This document shows positions 7,391 through 14,416 of a stretch of 20,000 nt of DNA, piece by piece. The stretch is taken from positions 53,980 through 73,979 of the IMG/VR virus record IMGVR_UViG_3300044631_001772. One strand, 5' to 3'. Under the pieces are notes generated by a model. It worked only from the letters and a program-made list of their open reading frames with translations, was not told the DNA's origin and ran no database searches. The number at the start of each line of letters is the position of its first letter. The first letter of the stretch is position 1. This stretch comes from an uncultured virus (IMG/VR IMGVR_UViG_3300044631_001772) (lineage: Duplodnaviria; Heunggongvirae; Uroviricota; Caudoviricetes). The position numbers and the translations under genes were made by a program.

Positions 7391-7446
7391 TGGGGAAGGT
7401 AAAAATGTGCCTTCTCTTTATGATTGATTCGAATTTTACTATTACT

Positions 7447-7773
7447 ATGACTGAAAAAACAAATCATCTTTGGAAATACAACGAAGATAAAATCCTAAAA
7501 GATATTCAAGATTACGTGACTAGCACTTACGGCAGTCACTACTGTGGACATAATCAGCAGTATCAAGACATTCAAACAATTGACTTGATGGCGGCAAAAG
7601 ATCTTGCACCAGGATTCTGTCAGGCAAATATCTTAAAATATGGAAGTCGTTATGGTGATAAAGATGGACGCAACAAACGTGATTTGATGAAGGTTATTCA
7701 CTATGCTATGCTTCTTCTCCACTTCGATGGGCATTATTCTCGCAAAGATAATGGTCTTACTGAATTTCGCTGA
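7447..7773 (+). CDS. Conserved phage protein, DUF3310 (SaV-like) family; start may be 7420 or 7447
   Basis: Pattern HY...IQTID...GFCQANILKYGSRYGDKDGRNKRDLMKVIHYAMLL. The track start at 7390 overlaps the -10 box. Confidence 0.8.
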   Translation: MTEKTNHLWKYNEDKILKDIQDYVTSTYGSHYCGHNQQYQDIQTIDLMAAKDLAPGFCQANILKYGSRYGDKDGRNKRDLMKVIHYAMLLLHFDGHYSRKDNGLTEFR

Positions 7774-7775
7774 TT

Positions 7776-8462
7776 ATGAAACTTCCGAACAAAACTATGA
7801 AACTTTCTGACAATACTCTCGCACTTCTCAAGAACTTTGCTGGTATTAACAACTCGATTCTTGTGAAACAGGGCAATCGTCTTCGCACGATTTCTGTGGC
7901 AAAGAACATTCTTGCCGAGGCAGAGATTACAGAAGACTTCCCCCGTGACTTTGCGATTTATGATCTCAACCAGTTTTTGAATGGTCTGAGTCTTCATCAG
8001 GACCCTGATCTTGATTTCACTGAGGGATCTTACCTAAGCATCAAAGAAGGCAAACGTCGTGTGAAGTATTTCTTTGCAGACCCCAATGTGATCATTTCAC
8101 CCCCCGATAAGGACATTCAACTTCCTTCACAAGATGTTTGCTTCCAACTGGACAGCACTTCTCTGGAGAAACTGGTCAAGGCAGCAGCAGTATATCAACT
8201 CCCTGATCTCTCTGCGGTTGGTGAGAATGGTGTGATCAAACTGGTGGTTCGTGATAAGAAGAATGATACTTCTAACGAGTATGCCATCGTGGTTGGTGAA
8301 ACTGACAAGGAGTTTACCTTTAACTTCAAGGTAGAAAACATCAAGATTATTCCTGGTGCCTATGACGTGGTAGTGTCTTCTAAACTTCTGTCACAGTTCA
8401 CGAATCCTAAGTACAACCTCTGCTATTATATTGCTCTGGAACCTGATTCTACTTTTGGTTAA
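7776..8462 (+). CDS. gp45: DNA polymerase sliding clamp (start may be 7797)
   Basis: MKLSDNTLALLKNFAGINNSIL...FAIYDLNQFL...YYIALE, typical of T4 gp45, and in the expected gene order. Confidence 0.96.
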   Translation: MKLPNKTMKLSDNTLALLKNFAGINNSILVKQGNRLRTISVAKNILAEAEITEDFPRDFAIYDLNQFLNGLSLHQDPDLDFTEGSYLSIKEGKRRVKYFFADPNVIISPPDKDIQLPSQDVCFQLDSTSLEKLVKAAAVYQLPDLSAVGENGVIKLVVRDKKNDTSNEYAIVVGETDKEFTFNFKVENIKIIPGAYDVVVSSKLLSQFTNPKYNLCYYIALEPDSTFG

Positions 8463-8884
8463 TGGAATTCTTACTGTATCTTACTCCTCAAGCAAAAGAT
8501 ATTCTTAATCAAATCTATCGAGCAAAATATTCTGTTCTTGAAAATTTTGGATATTGTAGGAGTAACAAAAATCTTTTTGGATATGCAGATTTTGATAAAA
8601 AATTCATAATATGCACCAAAAATATTAAACGCAGTGGATTTGATCCAAAATTTTATATTAATGAAACTGTTTATCACGAAGGTACTCACGTTGGTCATTT
8701 TTGTAATGGATACAAACCATTTGGAATATCACTAAATGATATGCCTCTTCCATCCAATAAACTTCAAGATATTAAAAATTCTTTAAGTGCTTCTACTGCC
8801 CCTAGAAGAATTGAACACGAAGCATATTGGATGGAAGATAAACCTAACGAAGTTAAATATGTACTCCAAAAGTACTGTTTCTGA
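8462..8884 (+). CDS. Hypothetical protein with zincin-like HEXXH motif
   Basis: INETVYHEGTHVGH plus downstream IEHEAYWME. Start overlaps the gp45 stop (TAATG). Confidence 0.7.
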   Translation: MEFLLYLTPQAKDILNQIYRAKYSVLENFGYCRSNKNLFGYADFDKKFIICTKNIKRSGFDPKFYINETVYHEGTHVGHFCNGYKPFGISLNDMPLPSNKLQDIKNSLSASTAPRRIEHEAYWMEDKPNEVKYVLQKYCF

Positions 8885-8885
8885 T

Positions 8886-9080
8886 ATGAATGAAACTAAA
8901 ACAAGTTTGCCAGTTTTTATCACAAGTGATTGGGGGAAAATCTTTGGTTTTGTTTGGCATAATCAAGGATATTGTACTCCAACTGGTTTTAGTGGATATT
9001 GGGATGAACCAACAAAAAGAACCTGGACTATTATGCCAAAAGGAGTATTTCCTTTTGTGAGATTTGATAGAGTGAAATAA
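8886..9080 (+). CDS. Small aromatic-rich hypothetical protein (64 aa)
   Basis: ATG 8886 directly follows the upstream stop at 8884. The longer track ORF from 8787 would overlap the previous gene. Confidence 0.55.
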   Translation: MNETKTSLPVFITSDWGKIFGFVWHNQGYCTPTGFSGYWDEPTKRTWTIMPKGVFPFVRFDRVK

Positions 9081-9099
9081 CATTTGTAAGTTTTCTTTT

Positions 9100-9107
9100 T
9101 ATAAATA
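9100..9107 (+). promoter_or_regulatory. T4-type late promoter for the HNH endonuclease
   Basis: Exact TATAAATA upstream of the ATG at 9132. Confidence 0.85.
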
Positions 9108-9131
9108 CTTATACAGTTAGAAGATAATCAA

Positions 9132-9713
9132 ATGTATTGTTTGGAATGTAATTCTATTCTTGGCAAAAGACAAAGAAAATTTTGCTCTCGCAAATGTATG
9201 AATGTATATAATGCAAGAGAATTTGGTATGAAACACCGAGAAGAAAATCCAAACAGATACAAAGTTTGCAAAAAGTGCAATCAATCACTAAATCTTAATA
9301 AGTTTAGTTTAATTGAAAAATGGAATGTTAATTCTGGAACAAAAGACATTTGTAAGAAATGTTCTACAAAAATAAGACAAATTGAAAAATTAAACAGAGA
9401 TTGGAAAGTTGATGCTGCTAAACTTCTCTACAAAAACATCAAATCAAGATGCAAAAGAACTGGAAGAGAGTTTTCTATTGAATTGGAAGATATTATAATT
9501 CCAGAAAAATGCCCTGTATTTGGATTTGAGTTAAAAAGAGAAGACAAACAAACTTGGATGTATGCTCCGAGTGTAGATAGAATTGACAGTTCCAAAGGTT
9601 ATATAAAAGGAAATGTTACAGTTGTCAGTAGAAGAGCAAATATCTTAAAGAGAGATGCTACAGTTAAAGAGTTAGAACTACTTTTAAATTATTACAAAAC
9701 TTTGAGGAACTAA
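9132..9713 (+). CDS. Free-standing HNH (His-Me finger) endonuclease with N-terminal Cys zinc-binding motifs
   Basis: CxxC and CxxxC clusters (CLEC, CSRKC, CKKC twice). C-terminal CPVFG...PSVDRIDSSKGYIKGNVTVVSRRANILK is a beta-beta-alpha-Me motif. Confidence 0.82.
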   Translation: MYCLECNSILGKRQRKFCSRKCMNVYNAREFGMKHREENPNRYKVCKKCNQSLNLNKFSLIEKWNVNSGTKDICKKCSTKIRQIEKLNRDWKVDAAKLLYKNIKSRCKRTGREFSIELEDIIIPEKCPVFGFELKREDKQTWMYAPSVDRIDSSKGYIKGNVTVVSRRANILKRDATVKELELLLNYYKTLRN

Positions 9714-9715
9714 CT

Positions 9716-10225
9716 TTGAATATTTTTGTCACTTCACCATTTCCAGCAGAAAGTGCTATCGTACTTCCTGACCGTCACGTAACGAAAATGTCTCTTGAGT
9801 GCTGCCAAATGCTTTCTATCGTGGCATCTAAGTGGTATCACAACTATGGCACTCTTCCTAAAGCAGATGGAACCTCCTATGCAACTGAGAAGGGTGCCTT
9901 TCGCAATCATCCCTGCACTCAATGGGTAGCAAAGACTATTGACAATGCCTACTGGTTGATTAAGCACGGGATGAATCTCTGTGATGAGTACACTCTGCGA
10001 TACGGCAAGCAGCATTCGTGTTATAATACTCTTGTTGCCGCATACTACCTTTTTCCCAAAGGAAAGATTACTGAGGTGACTCCATTCGTTCGTGCTATGC
10101 CTGACGAATACAAATTTGATGAAAGCATTGATACATTTACTGCATACAAAATGTATATTGCTTCCAAACCCTGGGTTGCGGACAACTATCTCCGTATGCC
10201 AGAACGTAAACCAGAATGGGTGTAA
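9716..10225 (+). CDS. denV: Pyrimidine-dimer DNA glycosylase / endonuclease V family protein
   Basis: MNIFV...LPDRHVTKMSLECCQMLS...FRNHPCTQW...EYTLRYGKQH pattern. TTG start with GAGG at 9704-9707. Confidence 0.78.
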   Translation: MNIFVTSPFPAESAIVLPDRHVTKMSLECCQMLSIVASKWYHNYGTLPKADGTSYATEKGAFRNHPCTQWVAKTIDNAYWLIKHGMNLCDEYTLRYGKQHSCYNTLVAAYYLFPKGKITEVTPFVRAMPDEYKFDESIDTFTAYKMYIASKPWVADNYLRMPERKPEWV

Positions 10226-10227
10226 AT

Positions 10228-10275
10228 AATTCATTTACTAAATAGTATTATATTACGAGGTTTAGTAAATGAGTT
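10228..10275 (+). promoter_or_regulatory. Late-type promoter (ACTAAATA, 10237-10244) embedded in a hairpin that sequesters the start codon
   Basis: AATTCATTTACTAAAT (10228-10243) pairs with GTTTAGTAAATGAGTT (10260-10275), which includes the ATG at 10269. Confidence 0.8.
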
Positions 10276-10802
10276 GCGTTTATCAAATAAGAAACAAAAT
10301 AACAGGAGAAAATTACATAGGTTCTACTGAAAAGAATTATATGCTTAGATTTGCTAAACATATAACAATGTGTAATAGTAATAAAATGGATTGTCCTAAA
10401 CTTTATAACAATTTTTTAAAATATGGATATCATAATTTTACTATTGAAGTTGTCAAATGGATTCACGAAGGTGAAGACATTAAATCCGTGGAACAACAAT
10501 ACTGCGAATGGTTAAATCCTTCTTTGAATTCTTTGTGGGGAACGAAGCACACAAAAGATTCTATTGATAAAATGCGTAAGTCCCAAAAAGAATATTGGTC
10601 TAAAAATTCTCATCCAAGAAAAGGAGTTCCCTTTACTGAAGAGCATAAAAAAAATCTTTCAAAATCTATGGGAAAAAAATGCTATGTTGATGGTGTGATT
10701 TATGAATCTGTAAAAGAATGTGCTACAATACTTGGTATCCATAAAGATACTGTAAGTTGGAGAATGAGAAGTAAATCATTCGCAAACTATTATTACCTTT
10801 GA
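10269..10802 (+). CDS. Free-standing GIY-YIG homing endonuclease (Seg-like) with NUMOD3/NUMOD1-like domains
   Basis: CVYQIRNKITGENYIGS...RFAKH...EQQY...LNPSLN. NUMOD3-like HTKDSIDKMRKS and GVPFTEEHKKNLSKS. C-terminal helix-turn-helix YESVKECATILGI. Confidence 0.9.
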   Translation: MSCVYQIRNKITGENYIGSTEKNYMLRFAKHITMCNSNKMDCPKLYNNFLKYGYHNFTIEVVKWIHEGEDIKSVEQQYCEWLNPSLNSLWGTKHTKDSIDKMRKSQKEYWSKNSHPRKGVPFTEEHKKNLSKSMGKKCYVDGVIYESVKECATILGIHKDTVSWRMRSKSFANYYYL

Positions 10803-10818
10803 ACTTTTTATTTTGATT

Positions 10819-11769
10819 ATGAGCGATAACAATTCATTTTTGTTCGTAGAAAAATACAGACCTCAAACTATTGATGATTGTATTCTTCCAGATGATACAA
10901 AGAAAACATTTAATGATTTTGTCAGTAAGGGCGAGATTCCAAATCTTCTTCTTTCTGGACCTCCTGGTATTGGTAAAACTACAATTGCAAAAGCACTTTG
11001 TAATCAATTGGGTGCAGATTATTATGTAATTAATGGTTCTGATGAAGGTCGTTTTCTTGATACTGTAAGGAATCAGGCAAAAAACTTTGCATCAACAGTT
11101 TCACTAACAGCAGATTCTAAACATAAAGTTATTATTATAGATGAGGCGGACAATACGGGTAATGATGTTCAACTTTTGCTAAGAGCAAATATTGAAACAT
11201 TTTACAATAATTGTAGATTTATCTTTACCTGTAACTACAAAAATAAAATTATTGAACCTCTTCATTCCCGATGTGCTGTTGTTGATTTTAGTGTAAAGGG
11301 TAAAGAGAAGGCACAATTAGCAGGTTCTTTTTTCAAAAGATTGCAAAATATTCTTGATAATGAAAGAATTAAATATGATTCAAAAGTTCTTGCCGAACTG
11401 ATATCCAAGCATTTTCCTGATTTTAGGCGAGTTCTCAATGAATGCCAACGTTATTCTGTTGGTGGAGAAATTGACTCTGGTATTCTTGCATCCTTCTCTG
11501 ACATTGCCGTAAATGATCTCATTAAATACATCAAAGAAAAAAATTTCACAGAAGTCCGAAAGTGGGTGGTCGCCAACTTGGACAACGATTCTTCTATCAT
11601 TCTTCGCAGGGTTTATGACGCCCTTTATAGTGTTCTACTTCCCCAGTCTATCCCCGCTGCCGTTCTTATTATTGCTAAGTATCAATACCAAATTTGTTTT
11701 GTGGCTGACCAAGAAATTAATCTCCTAGCAGCACTGATTGAAATTATGGCAGAGTGTGAATTCCAATGA
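10819..11769 (+). CDS. gp44: Clamp loader large (AAA+) subunit; track start is 10813 (TTG), ATG at 10819 is more likely
   Basis: FLFVEKYRPQTIDDCILP, Walker A GPPGIGKTT, IIIDEAD, and the SRC motif. Confidence 0.96.
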   Translation: MSDNNSFLFVEKYRPQTIDDCILPDDTKKTFNDFVSKGEIPNLLLSGPPGIGKTTIAKALCNQLGADYYVINGSDEGRFLDTVRNQAKNFASTVSLTADSKHKVIIIDEADNTGNDVQLLLRANIETFYNNCRFIFTCNYKNKIIEPLHSRCAVVDFSVKGKEKAQLAGSFFKRLQNILDNERIKYDSKVLAELISKHFPDFRRVLNECQRYSVGGEIDSGILASFSDIAVNDLIKYIKEKNFTEVRKWVVANLDNDSSIILRRVYDALYSVLLPQSIPAAVLIIAKYQYQICFVADQEINLLAALIEIMAECEFQ

Positions 11770-11975
11770 ACCCCTATAAAATTGATGATAAACTTCTTAA
11801 AGAAGTTCCAGTGAAAACAACCCCTGAAAATGTAAAAGAGGCAAATGAGGCACTCTTTTATTCTAAAATGAATCTGCCACAAGCAGCAAAGCATTGTGGG
11901 ATGACTCAAAAAGAAATGAAACTCACTTTCTTTGAATACTTGAAGTATAACAAACCTGATTATGAAATCTCTTAA
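11766..11975 (+). CDS. Small hypothetical protein, possible helix-turn-helix
   Basis: 69 aa, overlapping both neighbours. MNLPQAAKHCGMTQKEMK resembles a helix-turn-helix. Confidence 0.75.
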   Translation: MNPYKIDDKLLKEVPVKTTPENVKEANEALFYSKMNLPQAAKHCGMTQKEMKLTFFEYLKYNKPDYEIS

Positions 11976-12834
11976 AACCCCGTTACGCTACCCTGGCGGA
12001 AAGTCCCGTGCTTGTGAAAAGATGGGTCCATACTTTCCAGACCTACGGAACTATGATGAATTTCGTGAACCATTTATTGGTGGTGGAAGTGTTGCGATAT
12101 ATATTACTAAAAAGTATCCCAGTTTGGATATTTGGGTAAACGATCTCTATGAACCTCTTGTAAACTTCTGGCAACAACTCCAGATGTTTGGGAATGATTT
12201 AAAGAACGAACTAGTTGATTGTAAACTTGCCTACAATACTCCTGAACTTGCTAAAGAACTTTTTTTAAAATCAAAGGAGCATATCAATGATGAGTCTGAA
12301 ACGAACTTTAATCGTGCTGTCGCTTTCTATATTGTTAACAAATGTTCTTTTAGTGGTCTTACCGAAAGTTCATCTTTTTCAGGGCAAGCAAGTAACTCCA
12401 ATTTTTCCCTGAGAGGAATTGAAAAATTGTCAGAGTATTCTAAGTTAATCGCTAATTGGCGTATAACTAATTACTCGTATGATTATCTAATGGATGGAAA
12501 CAAGAGTGCTTTTATGTATCTCGATCCTCCTTATGATATTAAGGACAATCTCTATGGGAATAAGGGATCAATGCACAAAAGATTTGATCACGATAAGTTT
12601 GCTGCTGATTGTGATTCTAATGATATGGACCAGTTAATCAGTTATAATTCGGATCAACTTGTAAAAGATAGATTTAAGAACTGGAACGCTGCTGAGTTTG
12701 ATCTAACTTACACGATGCGTTCCGTTGGTGAATATATGCGTGAGCAAAAACAACGTAAAGAACTCTTGCTTTTTAATTATGGAATTGAAGGACTGGTTAA
12801 ACTCGATCAATCAAACGAAACAGCACCTGATTGA
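11962..12834 (+). CDS. dam: DNA N6-adenine methyltransferase (Dam/D12 class)
   Basis: PLRYPGGKS, SAM-binding motif EPFIGGGSV, and catalytic YLDPPY. Confidence 0.93.
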   Translation: MKSLKTPLRYPGGKSRACEKMGPYFPDLRNYDEFREPFIGGGSVAIYITKKYPSLDIWVNDLYEPLVNFWQQLQMFGNDLKNELVDCKLAYNTPELAKELFLKSKEHINDESETNFNRAVAFYIVNKCSFSGLTESSSFSGQASNSNFSLRGIEKLSEYSKLIANWRITNYSYDYLMDGNKSAFMYLDPPYDIKDNLYGNKGSMHKRFDHDKFAADCDSNDMDQLISYNSDQLVKDRFKNWNAAEFDLTYTMRSVGEYMREQKQRKELLLFNYGIEGLVKLDQSNETAPD

Positions 12835-13159
12835 CGAAGACCCTTCACTTGAGAAGGAATATGCACCCTATATTATCAATCGCTGCTTTTCTGGGCACAT
12901 TGATTGTTTGATGTATGCAAATGAAATGAATCAATATCATTTCCTCCCAAAAAAGATGCAATATGACTTTTATATAAATAGTCTGAGGAAAAAGAAGAGA
13001 TTTTCTCCCTGGCTCCGTCAAGATAAAATCAAAGACCTTGATTATGTCAAACGTTATTATGGTTATAGTAATGAGAAGGCAAAACAAGCTTTGAGGATTC
13101 TTACTAAAGAACAACTAACATTTATTAAATCGAAATTTGAAACTGGAGGAACAAAATGA
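12779..13159 (+). CDS. gp62: Clamp loader small subunit
   Basis: MELKDWLNSIN...YAPYIINRCFS...LRKKKRFSPW...VKRYYGYSNEKAKQAL. ATG at 12779; located before regA. Confidence 0.92.
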   Translation: MELKDWLNSINQTKQHLIDEDPSLEKEYAPYIINRCFSGHIDCLMYANEMNQYHFLPKKMQYDFYINSLRKKKRFSPWLRQDKIKDLDYVKRYYGYSNEKAKQALRILTKEQLTFIKSKFETGGTK

Positions 13160-13596
13160 GTGTCGTTCAAGAACCTGAAGTGAAGTGGGCGCCCGACCAA
13201 ATGGTGGAAGTGATCCTTAATGAACCTGATGATTTTCTTAAGGTTCGTGAGACTTTGACCCGTATCGGAGTTGCTTCAAGAAAGGAAAAGAAAATCTATC
13301 AGTCTTGCCATATTCTACACAAGCAAGGTAGGTATTATCTCGTTCACTTTAAGGAACTGTTTGCTCTGGATGGCAAACACGCTAACCTGACTGTGAATGA
13401 TGTGCAACGTCGCAATCGTATCGCTCAACTTCTCGCTGATTGGGGTTTGATTGAGATTGTTGATGTTAAAAAGATTCAGGATATTGCTCCCCTGAATCAA
13501 ATTAAAGTTCTTGCCTATAAGGATAAGGGAGATTGGATTTTAGAGACCAAGTATAATATTGGTGCTAAAAAGAAAAAGGTGGAGGATGCCGAATGA
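13156..13596 (+). CDS. regA: Translational repressor RegA
   Basis: EPDDFLKVRETLTRIGVASRKEKKIYQSCHILHKQGRYYLVHFKELFALDG. Confidence 0.97.
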   Translation: MSVVQEPEVKWAPDQMVEVILNEPDDFLKVRETLTRIGVASRKEKKIYQSCHILHKQGRYYLVHFKELFALDGKHANLTVNDVQRRNRIAQLLADWGLIEIVDVKKIQDIAPLNQIKVLAYKDKGDWILETKYNIGAKKKKVEDAE

Positions 13597-13602
13597 AAAA
13601 GA

Positions 13603-13626
13603 GCGGGTTTTACACCCGCCTTTTTT
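13603..13626 (+). terminator. Intrinsic terminator after regA
   Basis: GCGGGT-TTTAC-ACCCGC followed by C and T6. Confidence 0.85.
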
Positions 13627-13634
13627 ATGTAAAG

Positions 13635-13703
13635 TGTTATAATTATATACGGATGCCGAAAGGGTCCACAAAAAACAAACTCGCTTTTTAAGGAGCTACC
13701 ATA
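13635..13703 (+). promoter_or_regulatory. hsp20 promoter (extended -10) and structured 5' UTR
   Basis: TGtTATAAT at 13635-13643. Hairpin GGATGCC-GAAA-GGGTCC at 13651-13667. CTCGCTT pairs with the SD AAGGAG within 13680-13695. Confidence 0.7.
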
Positions 13704-14144
13704 ATGACTAACCTTGCAACATCACGGTTTACTGCTGCGGATCTTCCTGCTTTGATGGAAAGAATCACTCGCAATAGTATTGGAATGGATGAATATTTTG
13801 ATCGTTTATTTAATCTTCACGAAACTACAACAAACTATCCCCCCTACAATCTTATTCAGGTAAATAATGTAGAGTCTCACTTAGAGATTGCATTAGCAGG
13901 ATTCAAGAAGGGAGAGGTCAATGTTTTCACAGAATATGGAAAGCTTTTTGTCGAAGGACAAAAATCAAATGCCGAAACGGATAGGACGTTTATCCACAAG
14001 GGAGTGGCTAGCAGAAGTTTTAAACGAGCGTGGACTTTATCCGACGACACAGAAGTTCGCGAAGTCACATTTGAAGACGGACTTTTACGGATCGTACTTG
14101 GGAAAATAGTACCAGAGCATCATACTCGTAAGGACTATCTCTAA
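13704..14144 (+). CDS. hsp20: Small heat shock protein (Hsp20/IbpA-like)
   Basis: NYPPYNL...LEIALAGF...FIHKGVASRSFKRAWTL...FEDGLLRIVL alpha-crystallin domain. Confidence 0.96.
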   Translation: MTNLATSRFTAADLPALMERITRNSIGMDEYFDRLFNLHETTTNYPPYNLIQVNNVESHLEIALAGFKKGEVNVFTEYGKLFVEGQKSNAETDRTFIHKGVASRSFKRAWTLSDDTEVREVTFEDGLLRIVLGKIVPEHHTRKDYL

Positions 14145-14167
14145 ATAGAAAAAAACTTAGTTGGGCA

Positions 14168-14347
14168 ATGAAAACTTTTCAGCAGTTTATGGAAAAAGTT
14201 GGGGATTTTGGAAATCCTCCTTTACCAACAAAAGAAAATTGCTATGGTAAAACTGTGAAATATGCTATGGCACCCAAAAAGAAAGTTTGTGCTCTCAATA
14301 CTGATAGTGGTTCTGGAGGATCTTCTGGTGATTCTGGTGGCGACTAA
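14168..14347 (+). CDS. Small late protein (59 aa) with a capsid-targeting-like N-terminus MKTFQQFME; not in the ORF track
   Basis: Hand translation MKTFQQFMEKVGDFGNPPLPTKENCYGKTVKYAMAPKKKVCALNTDSGSGGSSGDSGGD. A late-type box CTAAATA lies at 14141-14147. Confidence 0.75.
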   Translation: MKTFQQFMEKVGDFGNPPLPTKENCYGKTVKYAMAPKKKVCALNTDSGSGGSSGDSGGD

Positions 14348-14357
14348 ATAGAACTGA

Positions 14358-14416
14358 ATATCGTCGCCGCAGGGGAGCAACTGGCACAATCCAGTTTGAC
14401 GCTCCCCCATTTTTTT
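14358..14416 (+). ncRNA. Candidate small structured RNA or elaborate terminator
   Basis: Follows late-type ACTAAATA (14343-14350). GC-rich. Outer stem GGGGAGC/GCTCCCC, inner stem AACTGG/CCAGTT with a TGAC bulge, then a T7 tract. Confidence 0.4.

Noticed and set aside
7390..12778. Track start positions 7390, 8787 and 12725
   Set aside because: They overlap a promoter -10 box or extend deep into upstream genes. The downstream ATGs at 7420/7447, 8886 and 12779 fit better.
9132..12834. HNH/GIY-YIG nucleases plus dam as a restriction-modification system
   Set aside because: The nucleases have homing-endonuclease architecture with their own late promoters and are not adjacent to dam. Orphan Dam is common in T4-like phages.
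13584..13660. 10-bp direct repeat GGATGCCGAA at 13584-13593 and 13651-13660
   Set aside because: There are only two short copies, one coding (end of regA) and one in the UTR hairpin. No element lies between them other than the terminator and promoter, so it cannot be distinguished from chance or a small local duplication.
14358..14416. tRNA or known riboswitch identity for the GC-rich element
   Set aside because: There is no cloverleaf or T-loop GTTCRA, and I cannot match it to a riboswitch consensus by eye. It is kept only as an unassigned candidate.
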